In this document: positions 51,071-59,945 of the stretch, one piece after another
Layout: each line of letters starts with the position of its first letter
How positions within the stretch are numbered: the stretch's first letter is position 1
Origin: a virus
IMG/VR virus record: IMGVR_UViG_3300006310_000773
Reading direction: 5' to 3' (one strand)
Length of the DNA stretch: 64,000 nucleotides
Made by a program: the position numbers and the translations under genes
The notes under the pieces: model-generated
Database searches by the model: none
The model's input: the letters and a program-made list of their open reading frames with translations, nothing else
What the model was told of the DNA's origin: nothing

Positions 51071-51644
51071 TGGAAATTTAATAGATATTTTACAAGATGT
51101 GATAAAAAGAAAACAAATTCCACAAGAAAATATAAAATCTGCTCAATGGTTGCAAAATAAAATTAGAAATTTTAGAAGAAATTTAAATGTTAAATTAGAT
51201 GACTCTAGTATGTCCGCTGATCAGTTTATGGAAGGGTCTAATTTGATACAAAAGAGAAGAATGACCAAAGCTAGATTAACATTATTCTCATATAAAGCAA
51301 AACATGAAAAAACTTTACCATATTATGACAGATTTCCCTTATCAATGATCATAGGTAAAGAAGTAGATGGATTTATAGGATTAAATTTTCATTATTTGCC
51401 GTATCAACATAGAGCAAGACTATTAGATGCCGTCGCATTTGGAAATGTGATTAATTGGAATACATTAAAGAGAAATAAAGTGACTCGACCATGTATTAAA
51501 AAATATTTAACAAGTCATGTTCAAGGAGCAAATGGTATGGTAATAGAAGGAATTGAACAATTAAAATTTGCAATATTTTTACCAATAGAACGTTTTAACA
51601 CCAGAAAAGAAAAAGTCTGGGAAGATTCAAAAAGGATGTTATAA
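51048..51644 (+). CDS. gp2: DNA end protector, T4 gp2-like
   Basis: Y.AKHEKTLPYYDRFPL..GFIGLNFHYLP..R..LLD; CIKKYL..HV; FLPIERF. Confidence 0.88.
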   Translation: MAETPKNSGNLIDILQDVIKRKQIPQENIKSAQWLQNKIRNFRRNLNVKLDDSSMSADQFMEGSNLIQKRRMTKARLTLFSYKAKHEKTLPYYDRFPLSMIIGKEVDGFIGLNFHYLPYQHRARLLDAVAFGNVINWNTLKRNKVTRPCIKKYLTSHVQGANGMVIEGIEQLKFAIFLPIERFNTRKEKVWEDSKRML

Positions 51645-52255
51645 TGCCAGCAGGATTTAAACAATCAGAACATTTTATCGCAGCGATAAACAAACATAAA
51701 GGCCCCTCAAAGGCAAACAAATATCAACTTACAGGTCCATATGGTGTTATTGTAAATGGAATTGCAAACAATCTTGGATTTGATATGCGGGATTTTAAAT
51801 TTATGTGTGATGCCGCAAATTTACCTGGAAGAAATTTGGCGACTACAGAATTTAGAACAGGTAGTGTATCTAAATCATATGTCCACTCTAATAATTTTAA
51901 CCCAACAATAACTTTATCTTTTATACTAACTGATGATATGTTTATTAAAAAAGTTTTCGATAGATGGATGGATGATATCATCGGTCTCACTGATGCAAAA
52001 TTGCAAGGTGCCGTAGTACAAAACTTAACAAATTATCCAGACGAGTATTGTGGAAGTTTTGGTATAAAAAAACTTGCAACAAATTTATCTAGCAGTCCTG
52101 CAAGTGCTTCACATATAGATACTTATCATGTGGAAATAATGGAAGCATTTCCCAAACAGATTAATCCTATCACATTAACTTACGGTTCTCAGGACATAGT
52201 GAAATTACAAGTCGTGATGGCTTATTCCCGGTGGAGAATAATACGTGGTTATTGA
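51644..52255 (+). CDS. Tail-tube initiator/tube-family protein (gp54/gp19-like)
   Basis: CDAANLPGRNLAT; FDRWMD; EAFPKQI..LTY..KLQVVMAYSRW. Confidence 0.75.
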   Translation: MPAGFKQSEHFIAAINKHKGPSKANKYQLTGPYGVIVNGIANNLGFDMRDFKFMCDAANLPGRNLATTEFRTGSVSKSYVHSNNFNPTITLSFILTDDMFIKKVFDRWMDDIIGLTDAKLQGAVVQNLTNYPDEYCGSFGIKKLATNLSSSPASASHIDTYHVEIMEAFPKQINPITLTYGSQDIVKLQVVMAYSRWRIIRGY

Positions 52256-52280
52256 CAATGACCGGTTTGATACATAAAAT
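52252..52280 (+). promoter_or_regulatory. Sigma70-like promoter upstream of gp26
   Basis: TTGACA-17 nt-TAAAAT. Confidence 0.5.
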
Positions 52281-52305
52281 AATAATTATATAATTAGGAG
52301 ATATT

Positions 52306-53034
52306 ATGAGTTTACCCAAGATTGATATTGCAACATTTAGCACTACTCAACCTTCTGCAAAAAATAAAAAACTTACATTTAGACCATTTTTAGTAAAAGA
52401 AGAAAAAATACTAATGATGGCAATGCAAGGGGAAAATATAGAAGAACAAGTGGTTGCAATTAAACAAATCATAAACAATTGTTCACAACAGGAATTTGAT
52501 GTTGATTCAGTTCCTTTATTCGATTTAGAATGGATATTTTTACAATTAAGAATACATTCTGTTGGAGATCAATTAAATTTAAAATTTAAACACAGAGACG
52601 GAAAAAATAAAAATGATGAAGAATGTGCACATGTATCAAATGTAAACGTGGATCTAAAAGAAGTTGAAATGGTATATGATGAATCACATAATAAAGAAAT
52701 TGAAATAAATGATAAGATTACCATATTTCTAAAATATCCAAATATAGAAACTGCTAATAAAATCAAAAATACTGAAGATGTTGAAGGTATTATGGCTTTT
52801 CTATCTTCAGGAATAGAGTTTATTAAAGATGAAGAAACTTTACATGAAACAAAAGATTTTACACAAGAAGAAGTAATAGAATTTTTTGAACAATTTAATC
52901 AACAACAAATGCTTAAAATTCAAAACTTTTATCGAACTCAACCTGTAATACAACATGACATAAATTATACTTGTGAAAAATGTGGTGGAGAAGAATCTGT
53001 TATTCTTAGGGGTTTGCAGGATTTTTTAGAATAA
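52306..53034 (+). CDS. gp26: Baseplate hub assembly protein, T4 gp26-like
   Basis: MSLPKI..FRPFLVKEEKILMMA; FDLEWIFLQLRIHSVG; CEKCG..GLQDF; AGGAG RBS. Confidence 0.88.
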   Translation: MSLPKIDIATFSTTQPSAKNKKLTFRPFLVKEEKILMMAMQGENIEEQVVAIKQIINNCSQQEFDVDSVPLFDLEWIFLQLRIHSVGDQLNLKFKHRDGKNKNDEECAHVSNVNVDLKEVEMVYDESHNKEIEINDKITIFLKYPNIETANKIKNTEDVEGIMAFLSSGIEFIKDEETLHETKDFTQEEVIEFFEQFNQQQMLKIQNFYRTQPVIQHDINYTCEKCGGEESVILRGLQDFLE

Positions 53035-53222
53035 CGCTTTCTCATGATTCTTTAGAATCTCATTATTTGACTAATTTCGCATTAGTACAACATCATAAAT
53101 ACTCTTTAACAGAGTTAAATGAGATGATTCCTTGGGAAAGAGAAATTTATATTGAATTATTAAAAAATTGGATACAAGAACAAGAAACTGAAGCTAAACA
53201 AAGAGAAGCAGAAAGACATTAA
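53022..53222 (+). CDS. gp51: gp51-like hub assembly chaperone in the -1 frame of gp26, with no ATG before its conserved region
   Basis: Hand translation FFRITLSHDSLESHYLTNFALVQHHKYSLTELNEMIPWEREIYIELLKNWIQEQ..RH*; TAATG overlap with the next gene. Confidence 0.75.
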   Translation, partial: FFRITLSHDSLESHYLTNFALVQHHKYSLTELNEMIPWEREIYIELLKNWIQEQETEAKQREAERH

Positions 53223-55177
53223 TGGCAGCAGCACCGAAACCATCTGGAGGAAGAAAACCAGGACAATTTGGTACAACAGAACTTCGACTAGGACGAGCAA
53301 CTGGAATCGGAGAATTTTTTGATGTTTTAGAAGATGCGACCGCTAAAAGAATGGAAAGAATGGCAAAAGGATATCTACACGCCATTACAGCTTCTGCTCT
53401 TTCTCCATTACCAACATTTGCACAAGCTAGTATATATGATGCCATTACTGATCCTTTTGGGGGAGGAAGAGATACTGCACAAGATCCAACTGGAACTGCT
53501 GAGAGGGAACCTAATTTAGATAAATTATATAATGTACCTTTACCTGTTATAACACAAGAAGGAGAAGAACATGGAACAGCACAAAAAGTAGCAAGTGCGA
53601 TTGGTATAGGTGGTACAAGGGTTCCATTATGGCAAAGTAATTTAGAAAAATTATTTAAGGTTCCTCTACTTATTACAGAGAAAAAAGATACATTAAAATT
53701 AATAGAAACAGAGAGAGAAACAGAACCAGAAAAAGTAAAAGACGACGAAAAACCCAAATTCAGCATGAAAGATTTTTTTAGTAGTCTTTTTGGAGGTATT
53801 GTTGATCTTGGTGCATGGATTTTAAAGGGTATTGGAACTTTAGCAATAGGTGCTTTAAAGTTTACAGGGGGTCTTGGTATTATGGGTCTAATGGCAAGTT
53901 TGCTCTTTAATAAAGAAATTGTAGATCAATTTAGATTAAAATGGGGTGAGGAAGCTGAAAAATTAGGAGCTAAAACTGAATGGGGTGCAAGAATAGCTAA
54001 ATTTCTTGGTGGCGGTGAAGCAAATGGTCAATCTTTTGAAAAAGCGGCAATTGCAGGTCTAAAGGGTGGAGGAATCGGAGCTATAACAGGACTTTTCTTT
54101 GGAGGACTGCCTGGTGCATTGGTTGGATTTCTTTTGGGAAGCGCTTTTATGGGTCTTGGTGCAGCTTTAGGAGAAGCGAAAATCACATTGGGTACAAATT
54201 TTCTCGCAACTTGGTTGGAAAAGACTTGGGAAGCCGCGCGGATGGAATGGGAAGATGCGAAACAAGTTCAACTAAATGCTGAATTAAAGGAATTAAGAAA
54301 TAGATTAAACTCCGGAAAAGAAACCGAAGAAAGTCTAATATTAATTCAAATGCAAATCAGAGCGAAAGAGGCGGAGCTCCTTGAATCAAGAATGGAACAT
54401 GCAAAACAATGGCAAGAAATGGTTGATGATGAATATGCGAAAAAGGGTGTAGGAATTGAAATACAGAAAGAAGCTCAAGACCGGTTAAAGGAATTTAAAA
54501 CTGAATTATTTGAAGCACAGGAAGAAATAGAAAGTCTCACAAGGAAAGGGAAAATTGATAAGAAGGAAACGTATTTGGGGATTCCTGGGATAGATACTTA
54601 TAGAGAAAACATTCATGATGACTTGAAAGATAAATTAATAAGTTATTTTCAACGTGGAGATGTGGCTGGAAGACAAGCATTAAATTTAATGAAGAAATAT
54701 GGAATCATTAATGACAAATGGGAGGTTACTGATCCAAGACTATTAACTGACCATGTTTACCGTAAAGATCTGTTCGAAGCATTAAATAATGTAATTCAAA
54801 CACAAATCGATAAAGATGAAGAATGGCGGAAAGGGAGTGGAGCAGGAGCCAAAGCATTTAGAGAAGCTCAGAAAAATCTAAAAAAAGTTATAGAAGATAG
54901 AAAAACCAGCAATGCAGTACTTGATACTACAGGACAGAAGACAGAGGTAGTTGAAAAAACTATCGACTGGACTAAAACGCTGGACAATACAATAAGGTTC
55001 GGAATGTTTGACACATCAACAATGGGCGGGGGAGCAGGAGGGGTGATAATGCCAAGTATGATTAACAATGATGGATCAGTACATACTAACAGTGCTTTGA
55101 CCATTAATACATTTTCGGACGTAAAATTCTCTACTGAAAATTTAAAGATAGTAGGAGCTTTTGACGGTCACGTATAA
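53222..55177 (+). CDS. Tape-measure-like protein (gp29 position)
   Basis: Gly-rich hydrophobic helices followed by a coiled coil; directly after gp26/gp51. Confidence 0.55.
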   Translation: MAAAPKPSGGRKPGQFGTTELRLGRATGIGEFFDVLEDATAKRMERMAKGYLHAITASALSPLPTFAQASIYDAITDPFGGGRDTAQDPTGTAEREPNLDKLYNVPLPVITQEGEEHGTAQKVASAIGIGGTRVPLWQSNLEKLFKVPLLITEKKDTLKLIETERETEPEKVKDDEKPKFSMKDFFSSLFGGIVDLGAWILKGIGTLAIGALKFTGGLGIMGLMASLLFNKEIVDQFRLKWGEEAEKLGAKTEWGARIAKFLGGGEANGQSFEKAAIAGLKGGGIGAITGLFFGGLPGALVGFLLGSAFMGLGAALGEAKITLGTNFLATWLEKTWEAARMEWEDAKQVQLNAELKELRNRLNSGKETEESLILIQMQIRAKEAELLESRMEHAKQWQEMVDDEYAKKGVGIEIQKEAQDRLKEFKTELFEAQEEIESLTRKGKIDKKETYLGIPGIDTYRENIHDDLKDKLISYFQRGDVAGRQALNLMKKYGIINDKWEVTDPRLLTDHVYRKDLFEALNNVIQTQIDKDEEWRKGSGAGAKAFREAQKNLKKVIEDRKTSNAVLDTTGQKTEVVEKTIDWTKTLDNTIRFGMFDTSTMGGGAGGVIMPSMINNDGSVHTNSALTINTFSDVKFSTENLKIVGAFDGHV

Positions 55178-55180
55178 TGA

Positions 55181-55210
55181 TTAACTAACGGACTTTCGCC
55201 CGCTAGTTAA
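55181..55210. terminator. Imperfect hairpin between convergent genes
   Basis: TTAACTA-A-CGG..CCG-C-TAGTTAA. Confidence 0.4.
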
Positions 55211-55216
55211 TATAAT

Positions 55217-56125
55217 TTATGCAGCTTCTTCAGCTAATTTCTGAAAATACGTCAATGATTCATCATTTTCATTTTCAGCTGTTGTAACACTTTCAACAAC
55301 AGGTTCTACATGTGGAGTGGTCATAGGTTTACCACCATCAAAGGGAGGTTCACTTACTGGAACAACTGATTCTGGTCCTTGTGCACCAAGAACTCTATCA
55401 AGTCTGGACTTCAATTCAGAAAATTCCTTAAACCTACTATCATCTGTAAATTCAGAAAGTGGAAATTCTTTCTTCCAAAGTTCTTCAAGTTTTTCATCCG
55501 CACCTTCAAACAATGGTGAAACTGAATCAAATTCAGATTTATCAAAATTATTAAATCCATCTACCTTACGAATCTTCAAACGAAAGTTCGCTCCTTCCCA
55601 AAGATCAAAAGGATTAATAGGATTTTCATCTTCAAATTGTGGATTCATTTGATCATTGATTTTATCAAAAATCTTCTTACCATATTTGAAAAGTTTAAGT
55701 TCTCCCTCATTTTGAGGATTGGCGGGATCTTTGAGAACTAAAATATTTGACATATAAACAAGACGCCGCTTTTGTTTGCGAGCGATTTCCTTATTTGCCT
55801 CAATTCCAGAATTCCAAAGTGAGGAATTATATTCACATACTGGACACTTTTTTCCAATAGTAGTTGGACATTCCTCAATGTACCATCCACCAACACCTTG
55901 AAATCCATGATTCCAAGTTTTTGCCCACGGCAGATCTTCTCCTGTTGGTGCTGGGAGAAACCGGGTAACAGCATATCCATTACCAGATTTATCAAGTTCC
56001 GCTTTCCACATACGAGTGTCTTCCGCGAAACCCTTTGAACTATCTGCTTGTTCTTGTAGTTTTTTATTGATTTTGTCAATTGACTTTTGACGTGACTTTT
56101 TTAGATCAGAAAATGATTGTGACAT
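55217..56125 (-). CDS. gp32: Single-stranded DNA-binding protein, T4 gp32
   Basis: DKSGNGYAVTRFLPAP; HGFQGVGGWYIEECPTT..CPVC; FKYGKKIFDK; PFDLWEGANFRLKIRKV; acidic tail. Confidence 0.96.
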   Translation of the reverse strand: MSQSFSDLKKSRQKSIDKINKKLQEQADSSKGFAEDTRMWKAELDKSGNGYAVTRFLPAPTGEDLPWAKTWNHGFQGVGGWYIEECPTTIGKKCPVCEYNSSLWNSGIEANKEIARKQKRRLVYMSNILVLKDPANPQNEGELKLFKYGKKIFDKINDQMNPQFEDENPINPFDLWEGANFRLKIRKVDGFNNFDKSEFDSVSPLFEGADEKLEELWKKEFPLSEFTDDSRFKEFSELKSRLDRVLGAQGPESVVPVSEPPFDGGKPMTTPHVEPVVESVTTAENENDESLTYFQKLAEEAA

Positions 56126-56186
56126 CTTATATCCTTATATTTTTATGGTTAACATTATATTTCATCTGATTCGCACTATACATACT

Positions 56187-56215
56187 ATTATACACTATTT
56201 ATCATCCCATGTCAA
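56187..56215 (-). promoter_or_regulatory. Consensus sigma70 promoter upstream of gp32
   Basis: TTGACA-17 nt-TATAAT exact match. Confidence 0.75.
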
Positions 56216-56849
56216 GCCCCCCCTTCATTATTTTTTTGAATTTAGAAATATCATCTATTTTTAGAAAAGGTTCATATTTAATCATCAGACGATAAACATC
56301 TGGCCAAACTACTTTATCTAAAATATTTTTATTCCAGAACTCTGTAAATTGTAAAATTTTATCCATTATAATTGCTGATTCTATATTGATTCTTTTTCCT
56401 AATATCTCTTCTAATAAAATTGGGTGCTGTCCTTCTTCAACAGTAAATATTCTATTAAATCCCAACTGTAATCCCAATTCTCTATTGTTAAAATTCTCAA
56501 TTAGAGATCTTAACTCATTTATATCTTGAGTAAATTGATATGTTAATGATTCAATTTTATTCTTCCATTTATTATGAGTTCTTTTCGCGTCATCACCATA
56601 CATTTCTCCAACCCACATATCAGAATTATAAACAAAATTGGAAACCAAAAATCCTTCAACTTCTTCATGTTTTCTTAATTCTTTGGCGAGATTTTCAAAA
56701 AAATACCTATCATTTCTATTTTGATAAGTAGTATATCTTGCAGAAACGCCCCTATTCTTAAAAGAATAATTAAAATAATTGTATCTATCTGAATTAAAGT
56801 GTCTTTTTAATGCAAGATAAGTTTTATATACATCAAACCCTCTTAACAT
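56202..56849 (-). CDS. gp59: Helicase loader, T4 gp59-like
   Basis: DVYKTYLALKRHF..YNYF.Y; RNDRYFFENL; GQHPILL; KYEPFL; upstream of gp32. Confidence 0.88.
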   Translation of the reverse strand: MLRGFDVYKTYLALKRHFNSDRYNYFNYSFKNRGVSARYTTYQNRNDRYFFENLAKELRKHEEVEGFLVSNFVYNSDMWVGEMYGDDAKRTHNKWKNKIESLTYQFTQDINELRSLIENFNNRELGLQLGFNRIFTVEEGQHPILLEEILGKRINIESAIIMDKILQFTEFWNKNILDKVVWPDVYRLMIKYEPFLKIDDISKFKKIMKGGLDMG

Positions 56850-56851
56850 AA

Positions 56852-57346
56852 TTAAAATTTAGATATAAATCTTGCTATAGGTTGGATAAAGGGAAGTAAG
56901 GCAACTGCCATAACTGTATTCACTCCTGTATGTACAAGTGCTACTTGTTTTGTGACTCCTGAGGGCATACCATCACTCACTAATATTCCTGCTATCCATA
57001 TCGTTCCAGTTGTACCCACATTCGCTCCTAATATTGCTGCAATCGCTGATGGTAAAGGTAAAGCACCAGATGCAACAAGTCCGATGACCGCAGTTGTAGT
57101 GAGTGAGGAAGATTGCCAAAGGAGGGTACATACAATTGCTCCAGAGAACATCCAGTAAGGGTTTCCTAAAAACCATTCAAGTTGTTCTAAGTGGCTCATT
57201 GATTTCATTCCACCTGAGAACATCTTTAAACCAATGTAAAATATGACAAGACCCAAAAGAGTTTGAAAAATGGGGTTATTAAATTCCATAAAATTTCTCG
57301 ACTTATATTTCCATGAATCGTAAAGTTTTCTATCTTTCTTTTTCAT
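56852..57346 (-). CDS. Na/Pi cotransporter-family protein, single repeat
   Basis: GLVIFYIGLKMFSGGM; TLLWQSSSLTT; ILGANVGTTGT; ALVHTGVN; true start may be MEFNNP at 57289. Confidence 0.85.
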   Translation of the reverse strand: MKKKDRKLYDSWKYKSRNFMEFNNPIFQTLLGLVIFYIGLKMFSGGMKSMSHLEQLEWFLGNPYWMFSGAIVCTLLWQSSSLTTTAVIGLVASGALPLPSAIAAILGANVGTTGTIWIAGILVSDGMPSGVTKQVALVHTGVNTVMAVALLPFIQPIARFISKF

Positions 57347-57597
57347 TAAATCGGGAGTTTGGATGTCTTAGGAAAGAAATTTAATTTCTCTGCGTCATCT
57401 CTAAGTCGTTCTTTATTTTCAGCACTAAGTAAAGACTTAATTGTTTCTGCTTCAAGATTATTTTCTTCACAATAACATAAAATGGCATCTAAGTAATTCA
57501 TATTAGACGTGGAATTCACTAAATGAGTTATTCTTTCATTAAATGCTTCTCTATCATTAATATTAAGCATATTCTTTTTTTTATCGGATTTTGCCAA
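57346..57597 (-). CDS. gp33: Late-transcription coactivator, T4 gp33-like
   Basis: MNYLDAILCYCEENNLE..LLS..KERL..DAEKLNF..KLPI. Confidence 0.85.
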   Translation of the reverse strand: MAKSDKKKNMLNINDREAFNERITHLVNSTSNMNYLDAILCYCEENNLEAETIKSLLSAENKERLRDDAEKLNFFPKTSKLPI

Positions 57598-57600
57598 TGA

Positions 57601-57987
57601 TTAAATTGTAGATTGTTTACTTTTATAATCTTTTATTGCAGCTTTGATTGCATCCTCTGCAAGTACTGAACAATGAATTTTCACTGGGGGAAGAGATAGT
57701 TCTTCAACTATCTGAGTATTATTAAGAGCCATAGCTTCATCTACAGACTTGTTCTTAATCCATTCTGTTGCTAGTGAAGATGCTGCAATCGCAGAACCAC
57801 AACCAAATGTCTTGAATTTAGCATCGATAATTTTGTTGTCATCATTAACTTCGATTTGTAGTTTCATAACATCCCCACACTCTGGAGCACCCACAAGACC
57901 AGTACCGACATTATTACTCCGCTTATCCAAACTACCAATATTTCTTGGTTTTTCATAATGTTCCAATACTTTATCTGAATATGCCAT
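57601..57987 (-). CDS. iscU: Fe-S cluster scaffold IscU
   Basis: MAYSDKVLEHYEKPRNIGS; GAPECGDVMKLQI; FKTFGCGSAIAASS; LPPVKIHCSVLAEDAIKAA. Confidence 0.96.
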   Translation of the reverse strand: MAYSDKVLEHYEKPRNIGSLDKRSNNVGTGLVGAPECGDVMKLQIEVNDDNKIIDAKFKTFGCGSAIAASSLATEWIKNKSVDEAMALNNTQIVEELSLPPVKIHCSVLAEDAIKAAIKDYKSKQSTI

Positions 57988-58352
57988 TAACTACCTTCAC
58001 CAACTGCCGCAGATTCCTTTTGTTCAGGATCATCTTTATCCTTGAACCAGTAATCCGTTGACTTAGCCAACACTGCGACATATGCGCCAACCATAATATT
58101 AATTAGATCGCGAGATTCAGCAGGTAATGCTCCAAAAAACAATAACCACACTAAAAACAAAAATGTACATACTATAATCATGGACAATAAAAATCGTGCC
58201 CACCAATTCAACTTCTTTCTTGTCTCAATTCTTTCATGTCTAAGTGCTTCCATTGGATTATTCTCCCATAATTTTTCTTCTAAATTTTCAATCATTTCAA
58301 CTGAAGTGTTAATTTTTCCATCACCAATTCTATCTCTGGTTTTTTGATTCAT
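57987..58352 (-). CDS. Two-TM membrane protein
   Basis: Hydrophobic segments FLLSMIIVCTFLFLVWLLFF and LINIMVGAYVAVLA..DYWF. Confidence 0.65.
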   Translation of the reverse strand: MNQKTRDRIGDGKINTSVEMIENLEEKLWENNPMEALRHERIETRKKLNWWARFLLSMIIVCTFLFLVWLLFFGALPAESRDLINIMVGAYVAVLAKSTDYWFKDKDDPEQKESAAVGEGS

Positions 58353-58871
58353 TTAATTTTCATCCCATTGTAATAATTCATGAACTCCTTGTTCTTCTAG
58401 AAGTAAGCGATTCTGCCAATGTTGATCTTTAACATCATCTTTATTCTGTCCATGATATCCAACTGCGTAACCATTTTCACACATCCATTTGTTTATGTTT
58501 GTCCATCCACCAAATTCATGTCCATCTTCAGTACAGTTAATCCAAAGCTCTCCTAATACCCTACCAAACTTACCTCGACTATCTGACTCTGGACATCTAC
58601 ATTGAATTTCAATATCATCTCTATCTGACAATATTGCCCAATGCACCCACGATGTTAATGCGGTCTTGGATAACTTACCATATATTTTTTCGTTCTTGTG
58701 TCTTGTTCTGGATTCTGGTGTGTCGATTCCTAGTAATCGAATTCTATTACATATTCGTACATCGAAACCTAAATCAAAAACTGCATCGATAGTATCTCCA
58801 TCGACAATCTTTTCTACAGCAGTTATGTTGTAAATAAATTCACATGGTTCTTCGTTTATATATTCTGCCAT
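58353..58871 (-). CDS. Thermonuclease (SNase-like) family protein
   Basis: KIVDGDTID; RIRLLGIDTPESRT; GKFGRVLG; GYAVGYHG. Confidence 0.88.
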   Translation of the reverse strand: MAEYINEEPCEFIYNITAVEKIVDGDTIDAVFDLGFDVRICNRIRLLGIDTPESRTRHKNEKIYGKLSKTALTSWVHWAILSDRDDIEIQCRCPESDSRGKFGRVLGELWINCTEDGHEFGGWTNINKWMCENGYAVGYHGQNKDDVKDQHWQNRLLLEEQGVHELLQWDEN

Positions 58872-58874
58872 ATA

Positions 58875-59018
58875 TTATTTTCCTTGCCCTCTATATTTCT
58901 TCCAGCATTTTTTCTTGTGTTTATTTGTTGGTCGAGAATATTGTGATTTACCTATACTAGTTCTTTTTGGTGTAGGTCTTTTTCTAACGGTTTGTCTTAT
59001 TGTCTTAGGTCTCGCCAT
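58875..59018 (-). CDS. 47-aa highly basic protein (absent from the ORF track)
   Basis: Hand translation MARPKTIRQTVRKRPTPKRTSIGKSQYSRPTNKHKKKCWKKYRGQGK; fills the intergenic gap exactly. Confidence 0.7.
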   Translation of the reverse strand: MARPKTIRQTVRKRPTPKRTSIGKSQYSRPTNKHKKKCWKKYRGQGK

Positions 59019-59102
59019 CTACCCACACCCACAATCACCATTTTTACATTCACAAGGATCACAAGTACAATTTTCACACTCGCATTGTTCGTTATTACAC
59101 AT
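59019..59102 (-). CDS. 27-aa Cys-rich metallothionein-like peptide (absent from the ORF track)
   Basis: AGGAG RBS then MCNNEQCECENCTCDPCECKNGDCGCG*; 9 Cys, four CxC pairs. Confidence 0.75.
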   Translation of the reverse strand: MCNNEQCECENCTCDPCECKNGDCGCG

Positions 59103-59111
59103 ATTTTTCTC

Positions 59112-59618
59112 CTATTTAAATCTTTCGTCTGTTTGCCAAATTTTATCATCATCATAAGCCCAAGCTACTAAAGAATATCTAGCTCCAGATATTACTTTTT
59201 TCACTCTATGATTAATATTTGAATCGTAAGTAATACAGTCACCAATATTTAACTTTAAATCATTCAGCCCTTCAAATTCTAATTCACCACCAGTGAAATC
59301 ATTATTAAGTAATATTATATGTGAACGAATTTTACTTTTATCATTATGCCAATGAAAACATTGTCCTACTTTATATTCAGAAAATTGTAATGCTAAATTA
59401 CTTTCCAATCCTATTAATTCATCTTTATCACTAATTTCATAAAGTTTACTTATTAACTCTTCTTCTTTATAATTATACCAACTTGAATTTCTAAGTTCTT
59501 TAACTATTCCTCGATCATTTACTGGTGCAGCCCGCACATATTGATAATTTTTTAAAATTATATTAAAACAAGTTTCCTCGTCAAGAAATTCTCTTCTTAT
59601 TTTCGGTTCAAATGTCAT
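59112..59618 (-). CDS. 2OG-Fe(II) oxygenase (prolyl 4-hydroxylase-like)
   Basis: QFSEYKVGQCFHWHND; LNNDFTGGELEF; HRVKKVISGARYSLVAW. Confidence 0.88.
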   Translation of the reverse strand: MTFEPKIRREFLDEETCFNIILKNYQYVRAAPVNDRGIVKELRNSSWYNYKEEELISKLYEISDKDELIGLESNLALQFSEYKVGQCFHWHNDKSKIRSHIILLNNDFTGGELEFEGLNDLKLNIGDCITYDSNINHRVKKVISGARYSLVAWAYDDDKIWQTDERFK

Positions 59619-59636
59619 AAAACTCTAAAATATAAT

Positions 59637-59680
59637 GGGGGAATTCTTCTGTTCCTAAGTGATTCCCCCCAAACTCGCTA
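59637..59680 (-). repeat. Second copy of the structured element found at the tmRNA coding-piece 3' end
   Basis: GAGTT..GGGGGAATCACTTAGGAACAGAAGAATTCCCCC versus GAGTT..GGTCAGTCACTTGGGAACAGAAGAACTGACC (59946-59985). Confidence 0.75.
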
Positions 59681-59681
59681 A

Positions 59682-59909
59682 TTACTGCTTCTCTACAAAT
59701 TCATAGAGTTCTGTAGCCTTCTTCTTAATATCCTCAATGGAATAAGAATCTGGCTGAAGTTCTTCAAACAACTTCATATTTGCATCGCCTTGCTCTTTTG
59801 CAAATTCCCATGCATCAATAGCAAAGTGTTTTTGTCTTTCTTGTTGATCATAGAGATAACTTTGTGCCATCTCTAAAAGTCTAAATCTTAATTCATATGG
59901 ATTAGACAT
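59682..59909 (-). CDS. Phage hypothetical protein, 75 aa
   Basis: AAAGGA RBS then MSNPYELRFRLLEMAQSYL..IKKKATELYEFV. Confidence 0.75.
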   Translation of the reverse strand: MSNPYELRFRLLEMAQSYLYDQQERQKHFAIDAWEFAKEQGDANMKLFEELQPDSYSIEDIKKKATELYEFVEKQ

Positions 59910-59945
59910 ATTGTTCCTTTCATTTGTGTGTGTGTTGTGTGTAAT

